From: Spizellomyces punctatus DAOM BR117
Lineage: Eukaryota
NCBI GenBank assembly: GCA_000182565.2
Contig: KQ257459.1
Length of the DNA stretch: 44,364 nt
Direction: 5' to 3' (one strand)
Both the position numbers and the translations under genes were made by a program. Positions 14,001 through 24,477 of the stretch are shown here, piece after piece. The notes below the pieces were generated by a model. That model was given only the letters and a program-made list of their open reading frames with translations, did no database searches and had not been told where the DNA came from. The stretch's first letter is position 1, and every line of letters starts with the position of its first letter.

Positions 14001-17000
14001 CGTACCAGTGGAAATGATTGGACAAGACTCATCCGTTTTCCAGCTCGGCCTAGACTCGATTAGCGCTATTCGTCTCTCATCGGAGCTGAAAAAAAGCGGG
14101 CTGAACATTGGCGTATCTGAAATCATGCGATGCTCAACAATTGCTTTAATGGAGTCGCATGTGCAAGATAGCCGTGACAAACACCACGAGGACGTCCAAC
14201 TGAAGAGGGATCGCGAAGCATTTTTGAACAAGTTTGTCGAGCGCCACCAACGCGGACTCGATGTTGATCTCAATGATGTTGTCGCAATCTATCCCTGTAC
14301 GCCGTTACAAGAAGCCATGCTAGTTGAAACCCTAAAGTCCACCAAACGCCCTTATATCAATCATATTCCGTTTGATCTGCATCCAAGTGTGGACGTGAAA
14401 CAGCTTGTTGATGCATGGCAGGCAGTCGTTGCTGCGAATGATATTCTCCGTACAAGCTTTCACCCTGTCGAAGATGATAGGTACGGTTATGCCCAAGTTG
14501 TTCAACGGGGAAGCACGGTTCATTTCATGGAGCGGCACCTGGAGCACGACGAAGATCTTCAAACCGTTATTAAGGAGCAGACTGACGTGATATTTAAAAA
14601 TGTGCGAGATCTACGACGACCACCTTTGGGCTTTGCCTTATTGCAGGGACCGATTGGTACCTGTTTGTTGCTTTCGATTCACCACGCTCTATACGATGGC
14701 TGGAGCTTGCCGCTGATCTTACAAGACGTGAGGCGCAAGTACAAAGGAGAACCCCTTTCAGACCGACCCCAATTTGTCACTCTTGTGAAGAGTATTCTGA
14801 CGGAGTCTGAAGAAGACTCCAAACGGCATTGGCTAGCACTGTTGGATGATTGCCATCCGTCTATTTTTCCCACAACCCTTTACGGGACCCATGCACCCTC
14901 TGAGTCTGATGTATCATTTTTTGCGTCGAGAGTGTGTGGCGTGGACGCTACCGACATATCAAAAATCTGCCAGAGTTTGGGTGTTAGCATGCAAGCTGTT
15001 GGACAGGCTGCATGGGGACTTCTCCTTGCTGCCTATCTAGGCGAAGACGATGTGGTTTTCGGTCATGTTGTATCTGGACGATCCGTACAAGTGGACGATG
15101 TTGGCGATGTCATTGGCCCTGCGTTCAACACGATACCAACACGAGTAAAGCTTGCGCAGTGTCGGACGTACGCAGATCTCCTGCGTGCGATTCACGCTGC
15201 AAATGTTTCGGGAGTGCCTTTCCAACACACCCCGTTGAGATCCATTGCCAGGTGGACAAGCCAGTCAGCATATGGTTGGTCCTTATTTGACACCATCTTT
15301 TTGTTTCAAAAAACCGAAGATAGTTCGGAAAGTGGTGAACCGTTGTGGGACATTGCCGAAGGCCATGCGGAAGTGAATGTAGGTAGTCTTTGTGCTGTTC
15401 AGTTGGACATGTGCTAAACTAAGGATTTTTCTACAGCATGCGGTCAGCATTGAGATGGAGCCCACCGGCAAGATTCTCCATCTTCGCGCATCCTGCCAGG
15501 CTAAAGTCATGCCGCATGCCCATTTGACGATGCTCTTAGAGCAGCTTGAGCGGATTATTAAGCGAATAATATCGTGTCCGGAAGAAAGTGTTAGAAGCTA
15601 CGGTATGAAAAGCACCTCACATCTGGCATCAGTACATGAACAAAAGCGCAAAGTGAAAACCTCAAGCATAACTACCCTGCACGGTTTCCTTGAGCACAAT
15701 GCATCTCGTCTCCCCACCCATCCCGCTCTCGAGTTTAGCGCTCCTGTTTTAGCCGACAACTGTGATACTACCATTTTCACCTATGCTGAATTAAATCGCA
15801 AGAGCAATCAACTTGCTCACTACTTTATAAGTAGAGGAGTAACGGCCAACACCTTTCTACCCATCTGCCTTGAGAAAGGAATATGGATGTATTTGTCGCT
15901 GCTTGCTGTCTTGAAAACGGGTGCGGCATACGTCCCCACGGCCCCGGAGATTCCTCCTGAGAGGAAGGAGTACATTTTCAAGGACGTAAATGCTCAATTC
16001 GTGGTCGCCACTGAGCCAGTGTCGACAGAGATTACGTGCGGCAATCCAGACGCGACAGTACTTGTCGTTGATGATCGGATGACAGAGATTCTTCGAGAGT
16101 TTCCTGACACGAATCCTGCTGTTCCCGTTTCGATATCCGACCCTGCGTATGTCATCTACACATCTGGAACCACTGGTGTTCCTAAAGGAGTGGCTATTCA
16201 GCACGACAGCGCAGTTGAGGCATTTACTTCATTCCAAGAACTCATTCCTTGGAATGCTACCTCACGGTTCCTTCAGTTTGCGTCTTTCACATTTGATGTA
16301 TCAATTTTTGAAATGTTCTTTGCTTGGAGTACCGGCATCACTTTGGTTTCAGCACCAAAAGACTATTTGCTGGCTGACTTAGAGCAAGCGATGAAGAAAT
16401 TGAGAGTGACGCATGCAGACTTAACGCCAACGGTCGCTACGATGATCAGACCTGACAACGTTGCTCTTGATATACTCGTAACTGGTGGCGAAGCGTTGAC
16501 GCAGCAGGTCTTGGATGATTGGGCTGGGAAGGGCGTCTTATACAATGCTTACGGACCAACGGAAGCAACCATTGGATGCACCATGCGAAAAGTCGATTCT
16601 AATACGAGTCCATTGAATATTGGCATGCCATTTAATTCCTGCTCAGCTTACGTGTTGAACGGCCCCGAAATCCTTCCCCGTGGGGCCATTGGAGAACTCT
16701 GCATAGGCGGCCCTCAAGTAGCTATGGAGTACATCAATAATCCAAGTCTCACCTCTGAAAAGTTTGCCATCTTGCCGGCAACCAACGAACGCATATACCG
16801 GACTGGGGACTATGTTCGTATGCTCGCAGAAGGATCCATCCAATTCTTGGGGCGGCAGGATGAACAGGTCAAAATGAACGGTCTTAGGATTGAATTAGCA
16901 GAGATCAGTTCTGTCTTAGCAAAAGCCGACGCCGCATCAATTTGCGACGTTGTTACGATGGTTTTAAAACATCCGGCTCAGGAAAGGGATCAGCTTGTTG

Positions 17001-20000
17001 CTTTTGTGAGCTTACTTCCGGGAAGGGATGAGACGGAGAGTTTGCTCGCTGAAGAATGTAAAATTATCGGTTCGGCGTTCGAGTCTCCAGTGTTGAAAAC
17101 AGCGATGGAGATAGCCGCTCGAAAGCTTCCCATTTATATGGTTCCGGGGCTAATTTTCTTGGTGAACAAAATTCCCCTTGGAAATACCGGTAAGAGCAAT
17201 CACACGAACCGCTTAGGTCTGGCAGACAACTAAACTCATCAATACAGGCAAGGCGGATCGGAAAAAGTTGGCACAAATATATCAAGGATTAGACATCACC
17301 TACCTGCGGTCTGCCGGCGCCAACGAAGAATCAGATGATAATTGGACGCAGACGGAAAAGGTGATTCGGCAATGTCTCTCGGAGGTATCAGGGGCTCCTT
17401 TGCAATCTATCACCCGACACAATACGTCCATTTTCCAACTTGGACTTGACTCCATCAGCTCGGTTAAGTTATCTTCAAAGCTCAAGAGCCATGGCATTGT
17501 TCTACCTGTACCCGACATTATGAAATTCCCCACCGTAGCTCGACTATCGAGTCGGCTGTCGGAATTTAATGCTGATTTGGAAAAGGAGAAAGTGGAAATG
17601 GCCCAAGCTGCAAAGCGTGAGAAGATTCTTGTGGACTTCGACGCAAAGTTCACGCCTGTTGTTCTGGAAGAGTCTGGCTTGGAGGATGGCGCTGTGGCTG
17701 CTGTCTATCCTTGCAGCCCGTTACAGGAAGGAATGATTGTCGAGACCTTGAAATCCGAAGGGAGGCATTATTTGAACCACGCCATTTTTGAGCTCAAATC
17801 AGCGGTGGATGTGCAGAGGCTGTTGAATGCATGGGAGTCGGTCATTCGAGCCAACGACATCCTCAGAACAGGTTTCTATTCCGTTGACAGTCCTTTATGC
17901 GGCTATGCGCAAGTTGTTCTCTTGAAGTCCAAGATGCAGCTTACCGTTGAGTATCTCTCCAGGAATGACCAGTTGCGGCCTGCGTGCGAAAGGCACATCC
18001 AAAATGTAACTCGTTCGATGCTCGATTTACGCCAGCCACCAATTGCTTGTGCAGTGCTTCATGCTCCCCAGCAGAAGTGGCTGGTCGTGACGCTTCACCA
18101 TGCGTTGTACGATGGTTGGAGCTTGCCTTTGATATTAGACGATGTTCGAAAAGCGTACATGGATCTGGAGCTGACAAGGGTGCGACCACAATTCAAAGAA
18201 CTTCTGAAGTATATCTTGATGGATTCTCGAGTGGATGCCCAAGAACACTGGAGCAATGTCCTCACGGGTTTTACACCAACGGTGTTTCCAGATACCCTGC
18301 TCGGTACCGCATATATATCCGGAACATCCAAGACCTCCACCCATTTCGAATCGAGGATAACTGAATTGAAGGTTGAAGAAGTGGCGGCCGCGTGTCAGAC
18401 ACTAAATGTCAGCATGCAATCATTTGGGCAAGCGGCCTGGGGTCTGCTCCTGGCTGCCTACACCGGCGAAGCCGATGTCATATTCGGGCGAGTGATATCT
18501 GGTCGCTCCATCCCCCTTGACGGAGCTAATGATGTTATTGGGCCATCCTTTAATACGATCCCCTGTCGCGTCCAAACGGAAAATGTCTCCAATGCACAGT
18601 TGGTCACCGCTGTCCACAAGGCAAATATTGATGCCATTCCCTATCAACACACTCCCTTGTCGTGGATTCTAAAATCGACAGAGAAGAATCGCGATGGCCT
18701 GCCGCTGTTTGGAACACTATTTTTGTTCCAAGTCGGATCTGGTGAAAATGAAGATGACGATCACCCACTCTGGACAACGATTGGAGGAGAGGCAGAAGTG
18801 AATGTGAGTTAATGAAAGTTACTTCAGTCAAATGCAACCCCCCTTAACTGAGTCATGCGCATCTGTTACCAGTATGATGTTACCTTGGAAATTGAGCCGA
18901 CAGGCCCCAATTTTGCGGTCAGAGCTACATGCAAAACCTCCATCATGCCGACATCCCATCTCTCTACTCTTCTGCTGCAGTTCGAACACATCCTCACAAA
19001 CCTTATCCGAAATCCAGATCGCCGCCTTTTGCCGTTGGATGATCCGTTGCCTGACAGAATGATGTCCATCATACCGCGGACTCGCGACGCCAACGTTGGT
19101 GGCATGCTCACCGATCAACCACTCTATCTGCATACATGGGTGGAACATAACGCCCAATCGCAGCCCGATGCGATGGCGTTACAATTTGCGAGAAGCACGT
19201 CGCTAACGCAATATCCAGAAATTGAGACAATTACATACGATATGCTCAATCGGAAGTCCAATCGTATAGCGCACTTCTTGATTTCTCGCGGAATTCGTCC
19301 CGAGACCTTTGTCCCGCTTAGTATGGACCGGTCTCCTTGGTATGTGTTATCGTGAGTTTCGCATTCGATGTAAGAAGTCTTACATTTTCTTTCCTTATAG
19401 GATGTACATATGCATTCTTGGGGTACTCAAAGCTGGAGCAGCGTACGTTCCCATGGATCCTGATGCCCCACCCGAGAGGAAACGGTTCATGCTCTCTGAC
19501 GTTGGAGCAAAAATTGTCCTCACAACTGCAAGTGATGCAATGAACCTCAGGACTTGCTGTCCGGATGAGATAGAAGTCATCTGTGTTGATGAGTTGGACG
19601 ATCTCATCTCAACATACCCACAGACAAACCCACATGTTGAAGAGTTCCCTCAGTCAACGCTCGCATACCTGATTTACACTTCAGGCACCACCGGGACGCC
19701 AAAGGGCGTAATGATCGAACACCACTCTGTGGTCGAAGCCATTCTCTCTTTCCAAGAACTTATACCGATAAGTGGAACTGCCCAGGCACGATTCCTCCAA
19801 TTCGCTTCATACACTTTTGACGTGTCGGTTTTCGAAATGTTTTATACATGGAGCATGGGAATGGTAGTTGTGAGCGCGCCAAAGGACGTGCTGCTTACCG
19901 ATTTAGAGAATGCTATCCAAATCCTCGGTGCCACCCATGCAGATTTGACCCCAACCGTAGCTGCCATGGTGAGGCCGGAAAATGTACCAAGCTTGAAGGT

Positions 20001-22659
20001 GCTGGTGACGGGAGGCGAGTCTCTGACCCAGCATGTAGTTGATGCGTGGACTGGAGATGGAGTCACACTTATCAATGCTTACGGACCGACCGAAGCCACG
20101 ATTGGCTGTACCATGTTTGTCGGAGTCGAGTCTACCACCCAACGAAATAATATTGGACAAGTGTGGCCGTCTTGCTCGGCCTATGTTGTCTCCACATCAC
20201 ACGATCTGCTTCCGCGCGGTGCAGTTGGAGAATTATGTGTCGGCGGTCCACAGGTTGCCCGAGGATACCTCAACCGCCCCGATCTCACTTCTTCAAAATT
20301 TATCCAGCTACCTGCTGGCGGGGAGAGAGTATACTGCACTGGCGATATTGTGCGCTTACTTCCAGACGGATGCGTACAGTTTCTGGGACGGCGGGATGAT
20401 CAAGTTAAACTAAATGGATTGCGCATTGAACTGGGCGAAATCAATGCGGTAATTACAAAATCGGATCCTTCTATAACGGACACGGTTACAATGGTAGTTA
20501 AACATCCGAAGCAAGTTCGAGATCAGATCGTTTCCTTTATCGGATGCGACAGGGATGTTAGGCAAATCCAGATAGACAAGTTCGAGAACATGCTGCTGAA
20601 AGATGACGATGGAACTTCTACCAAACTTATTTCAGCTGCGTTGCATGCGGCGCGACGTCACCTGCCGGCGTACATGGTTCCCTCGCTCATCGTTCCACTG
20701 ACTGGTCTGCCGCGAGGGGCAACTAATAAAGTAAACTCGTCTGCCCTTGCCCGAATGTTCAAGAATTTGGATTTCAAGCTGGTTGCCAGTCTTACGAAGC
20801 AGATGGAAGACAGCGACGGCGGCATTTCGGGCGATCTTGCCGAAACAACTTGGACAGACCTGGAGAGCGCCATCCGGAATGTTTTGGCCGAAGTCTCTTC
20901 ACTCTCTCTGGACGAAATTACGCTGCGAGCCTCAATTTATCATCTTGGATTGGACTCCATCAGTGCGATTCGCGTATCGTCCAAGCTTCGTGGATTGGGT
21001 ATTCACATCAGCGTTGGAGAAATACTTCGGCAAAAGACCATCAAGAACATTGCCGACTTTTTAACTGAAAGAGACAGACTTCCAGAATACAAACATCAAC
21101 CTGGTGCTACCCGGTTGATGGCGCGTGAACTCGTCAAAAACTGGATTGGAGAAGATTTCCTCAGTATTGACCTTCCCAACCGGTTATCGACATCAATGCC
21201 TGCCGTTGCAGGCGTATATCCAGCGACGGCGGGTCAAATCTTCACCCTTTCCTCCTGGCATATGTCCCAAGGCAGATACTTTATGCCATCCTTCATCTTC
21301 ACATCGCGCGATGCTATTGATGTACGCCAGCTCGAAGAAGCGTGGATTGCACTCTTGAAGCGTCATGAGATCCTGCGCACCGGTTTCCTTTCCACATCCT
21401 CACAAACGGCACCCTTTGTGCAAATTGTGTTTGCTGATCCAGTCGTAAACTGGTCGTGCGAAGCTTTTGACATACCATTGGAGGAGAATATCGTTAAAGA
21501 GCGTGTCGAGTACGAAAAAATGCAACCTGCGGTGGTTTCTTCACCTCCTGTACGCCTTCATTGCATGGCATTCCAGGATCGCGCAGCTTTGGTGCTTACC
21601 ATTCACCACGCATTGTATGATGGATGGAGCATTCCGCTTCTTCTTTCAGATCTTTCGACCCTTTACCGCAAGCAGCCATTGGCGGAACATAGTGTACGCT
21701 GGTCCGACTACCTTGAGTACGCTTTCGAGACACGTCAATCAATGGATAATAGCCCTCAGCAAGAATATTGGCGTAAAATGCTGGATGAGACAGGGACAGC
21801 CTTCTTCCCACATTTGAACGCCTCGTCCCCAAATTCGACAGACACTGCTCTTTATGTGCCCGTTGCAATCCCTAATGCTGCAAAATATACGTCAGCGTGC
21901 CAGCGGAAAGGAATCACCCTTCATTCCCTATTCCTTGCCGCCTGGGGACAACTTCAAGCCAAATACACCAATGCCAACCATGCATTATTCGGACTTTACC
22001 ATTCCGGACGATCCATTGGTATCAGCGACGTTGATACCCTGCGTGGTCCGTGCGTGAACGTCCTTCCCTTCCAGGTCCGGAATGCAAGAACATTGAGTGT
22101 GTTGGATTGCGCCAAAAATGCGCAGGACGAGTTGGCAATGCAGAATGAAGCAGTGCCTTGCGTGTCGATGCATGATGTTCAAGTGTGGAGCGGTTATCCA
22201 GGCCAGCCAATCGTTAATGTATTTGTTAACTTTTTGATGTTTCCAAATGGTGGAAATGATGGAGATGATGCGAAAGTGGAACTTTTTAAGGCATGCCGGG
22301 TAAGGCGCTGTTGTGATATAGGATCTCTCTATCGATGGCACTGTGTATTTACATCTATTTCACTCTACCAGATGCGAGACTGGGAGACACAAAATGCCCC
22401 AATACCAGCCTCTCACAAAACCGGACTCGACGGATGCCTTGCAGCTCCTCTTCAGGTTAGTTTTTCCATCTGCTCAATCTTTCCGTGCGATAACCGCTAA
22501 ACATTTACTTCACCATAGAATGATATTGATTTGGAAGTCGCTGTTCACAATGATGTCATCAGTTTAGGTCTTTACTGTCCCTCGCATGTTATGTCTATGG
22601 ATCAGGCGGGAAGCGTTGTAAAACAATTATGCGATAGTGTTATAAATGCATTAGATTAG
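711..22659 (+). CDS. Hexamodular non-ribosomal peptide synthetase, ferrichrome-type siderophore synthetase family (SidC/Nps2/Sib1-like), ~7,049 aa; architecture relicC-relicC-(A-T-C)x6
   Basis: Exons 711-1139, 1228-1809, 1877-5194, 5252-8590, 8656-11931, 11990-13775, 13859-15378, 15437-17189, 17248-18803, 18873-19339, 19401-22299, 22372-22455, 22519-22659 join in frame through GT-AG introns (21,150 nt). Six copies each of A3 YTSGTTGxPKG, A5 NAYGPTE, A7 Y(R/K/C)TGD, T-domain G(L/I)DS and C-domain HHAL(F/Y)DGWS. No TE or R domain. The first two exons and the 22300-22371 intron are less certain. Confidence 0.93.
2120..5400 (+). other. NRPS module 1 (A-T-C), approximate bounds
   Basis: YTSGTTGRPKG; T-domain Ser in GIDS at 3863-3865; HHALFDGWS; pocket residues read by eye as DVFDFIAISK. 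Confidence 0.9.
5500..8790 (+). other. NRPS module 2 (A-T-C), approximate bounds
   Basis: YTSGTTGRPKG; GLDS Ser at 7244-7246; HHALYDGWS; pocket DVYELGAIGK. Confidence 0.9.
8880..12130 (+). other. NRPS module 3 (A-T-C), approximate bounds
   Basis: YTSGTTGLPKG; GLDS Ser at 10597-10599; HHALFDGWS; pocket DVSDIGAINK. Confidence 0.9.
12275..15580 (+). other. NRPS module 4 (A-T-C), approximate bounds
   Basis: YTSGTTGLPKG; GLDS Ser at 14056-14058; HHALYDGWS; pocket DVFDVGAIGK. Confidence 0.9.
15675..19015 (+). other. NRPS module 5 (A-T-C), approximate bounds
   Basis: YTSGTTGVPKG; GLDS Ser at 17451-17453; HHALYDGWS; pocket DVFDVGAIGK. Confidence 0.9.
19125..22659 (+). other. NRPS module 6 (A-T-terminal C), approximate bounds
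   Basis: YTSGTTGTPKG; GLDS Ser at 20956-20958; divergent C1 motif YPATAGQ; HHALYDGWS; pocket DVFDVGAIGK; protein ends after this C domain. Confidence 0.9.
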
Positions 22660-23274
22660 ATCGTGCACGGCTCCAAGCTAGATATCTTGGAATTTGCGAC
22701 GTAGAATAGAGCAGTTTTTTATGATATATGCATATCAGTATCTTTTCATTTTGATTTTGCCATATTCTGATGGTAATCAGCATTCATATCTGCAAGATGC
22801 CCCGTTGACGCCTCGCGAACACTTTGGCAATGCAAGTCAAGAATAGACCTGCAACGCACAAACGAACCTGCCCTTCGCATCTTTGCAGGAAACCGGCTGG
22901 TTTTGGTTCTTCAAAAGCTGCAGTGCTGGGATCCGTCATCATTAAGCCATGTATTACAAGAGAAGGTTTCGTCACTTCTAGGATGACCAGCATCTATTCA
23001 CGGACGATTGGGGAAACATTTACAGGATCTATCTGGCAAACATTCTGTTCTCTATCGGCCATCTTTCACAACCAGATTGATAAAACATCCTGGTTCCCCA
23101 CTCCATTAAAGATCTAATACAATATTACATTCTGGACAGATGTAGCCGAAGCCGCTTCAACGATGCATGAACCGTCCGTTGCGTCTCTCCAAACGCAACT
23201 CTGTCTACATTTCTCGAGCCAGCGAGAAAGAAAAATAAATTAAACAAGGAGTAGTTGGAGTTGTTTGAGCACCT

Positions 23275-24477
23275 TTATTGTTGCATCCCCGGATTTCGTA
23301 ATTCGCCATCCATCGCCAACAGAGCTTCCCGCAGCATATCTCTCACGGAAGCGCTTACATTCGGTAAATGTCGGGAAAGTATCTCCTCCAAGCGAGGCGG
23401 TAAGATGATTGGTCGCGACACGGAACTACTGACTTGGGCTGAAGAAGGGCCGGGCGGTCCACCGATTGAAGTTACTGATCGAGCTGCTGACATTTCCTCT
23501 CTTAGCTTTCGGGTCTCCTCGTACAACATGTCTGTATGCCTCCTCAGTAACAGAACCTCTTCACGAAGGGCGTGATTCTCGGTGCGCAAGCGAGTACATT
23601 CCTCTTGTACATATCGCATTCCATCATCCGTCTGCGGGGATGGTTCTGCTGCTGGGGCCGTTACAATGCTAGGAGAACGGCGAGGGTGCGGGGGATATGA
23701 CGGATACTCGGGCGGTCCAGAGTATCGATAGGATCGGGATTGCGGTAGTGGATGATAATAGGGAGACGATGGGAATGGTGCTGGGAGGTGAATGAGGCCG
23801 GGTGCAGGTGGAGGGGGGTGAGGAAATGGCGATGCTCCTGCTGGTGTTGGTGGTTGAGATCCGGCATGCAACGAAGTAGGTGGACGCGGTGATGTGGAAT
23901 TTGATGTGGTGGGACCGACGGATTCGCGATGTAGGGAGGTACCTGGCGGGCCGCGAAAATCCTGGGCATCAAAGTTCAGTTTGACATCCATGGTACAGTT
24001 TGTCTCTCTCCAAGCAGATACATACGTCATCTCCTTCCGATACGCCGGGTTCCTCCACAGCGCGTTCACCCCCTACATTTGGAGGAGCAGCGAGGGGTCG
24101 CTTGTGTTTCTCCATGTAGATAATCAGCTGCAAAAGCCGCTCTGACTCTTCTTCACCTGGAGGTGCCGCCGGCGGAGCCCCAGGTCTCAGAGACAATCTC
24201 CCTTCCCGTTTTGCGCGAAGTCGATCTATTAAATCTTGCTGTTTGCGAGGACTGAAGCAAAGGGTAACATGTTGATACGTCTCCAGCGGATATATCATCC
24301 AGACAAAACAAACCAACAATACTACCTTAGATCATGAAAGCATGCGCGGCAAACGGTCCCCTTGGTGCGCAGTCGTATTCGCACGTACGGCTTTCCATCC
24401 TGTGTACTGAACCATGCGACCTGGTGCGCACAACGGCCAGAAGTGTTATCTCCGGACACGAGAAATTCTCTGATCAT
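23275..24477 (-). CDS. Hypothetical protein (~354 aa): N-terminal Cys/His + CxxC basic region, Pro/Ser-rich linker, C-terminal coiled coil
   Basis: Exons 24477-24326, 24251-24026, 23961-23275 join in frame through introns 24325-24252 and 24025-23962. Reads MIREFLVSGDNTSGRCAHQVAWF..TVCRACFHDLSPRKQQDLIDRLRAKREG..; heptad segment YVQEECTRLRTENHALREEVLLLRRHTDMLYEETRKLREEM. Confidence 0.65.

Noticed and set aside
22300..22371. Segment VRRCCDIGSLYRWHCVFTSISLYQ as part of the NRPS protein
   Set aside because: Bounded by GTAAGG and a pyrimidine-rich CAG; more likely a 72-nt in-frame intron, though unproven without cDNA
711..22500. Treating the long + strand ORFs as a cluster of separate NRPS genes or as a frameshifted pseudogene
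   Set aside because: Every break is bridged by a 57-88 nt GT-AG intron that restores the frame
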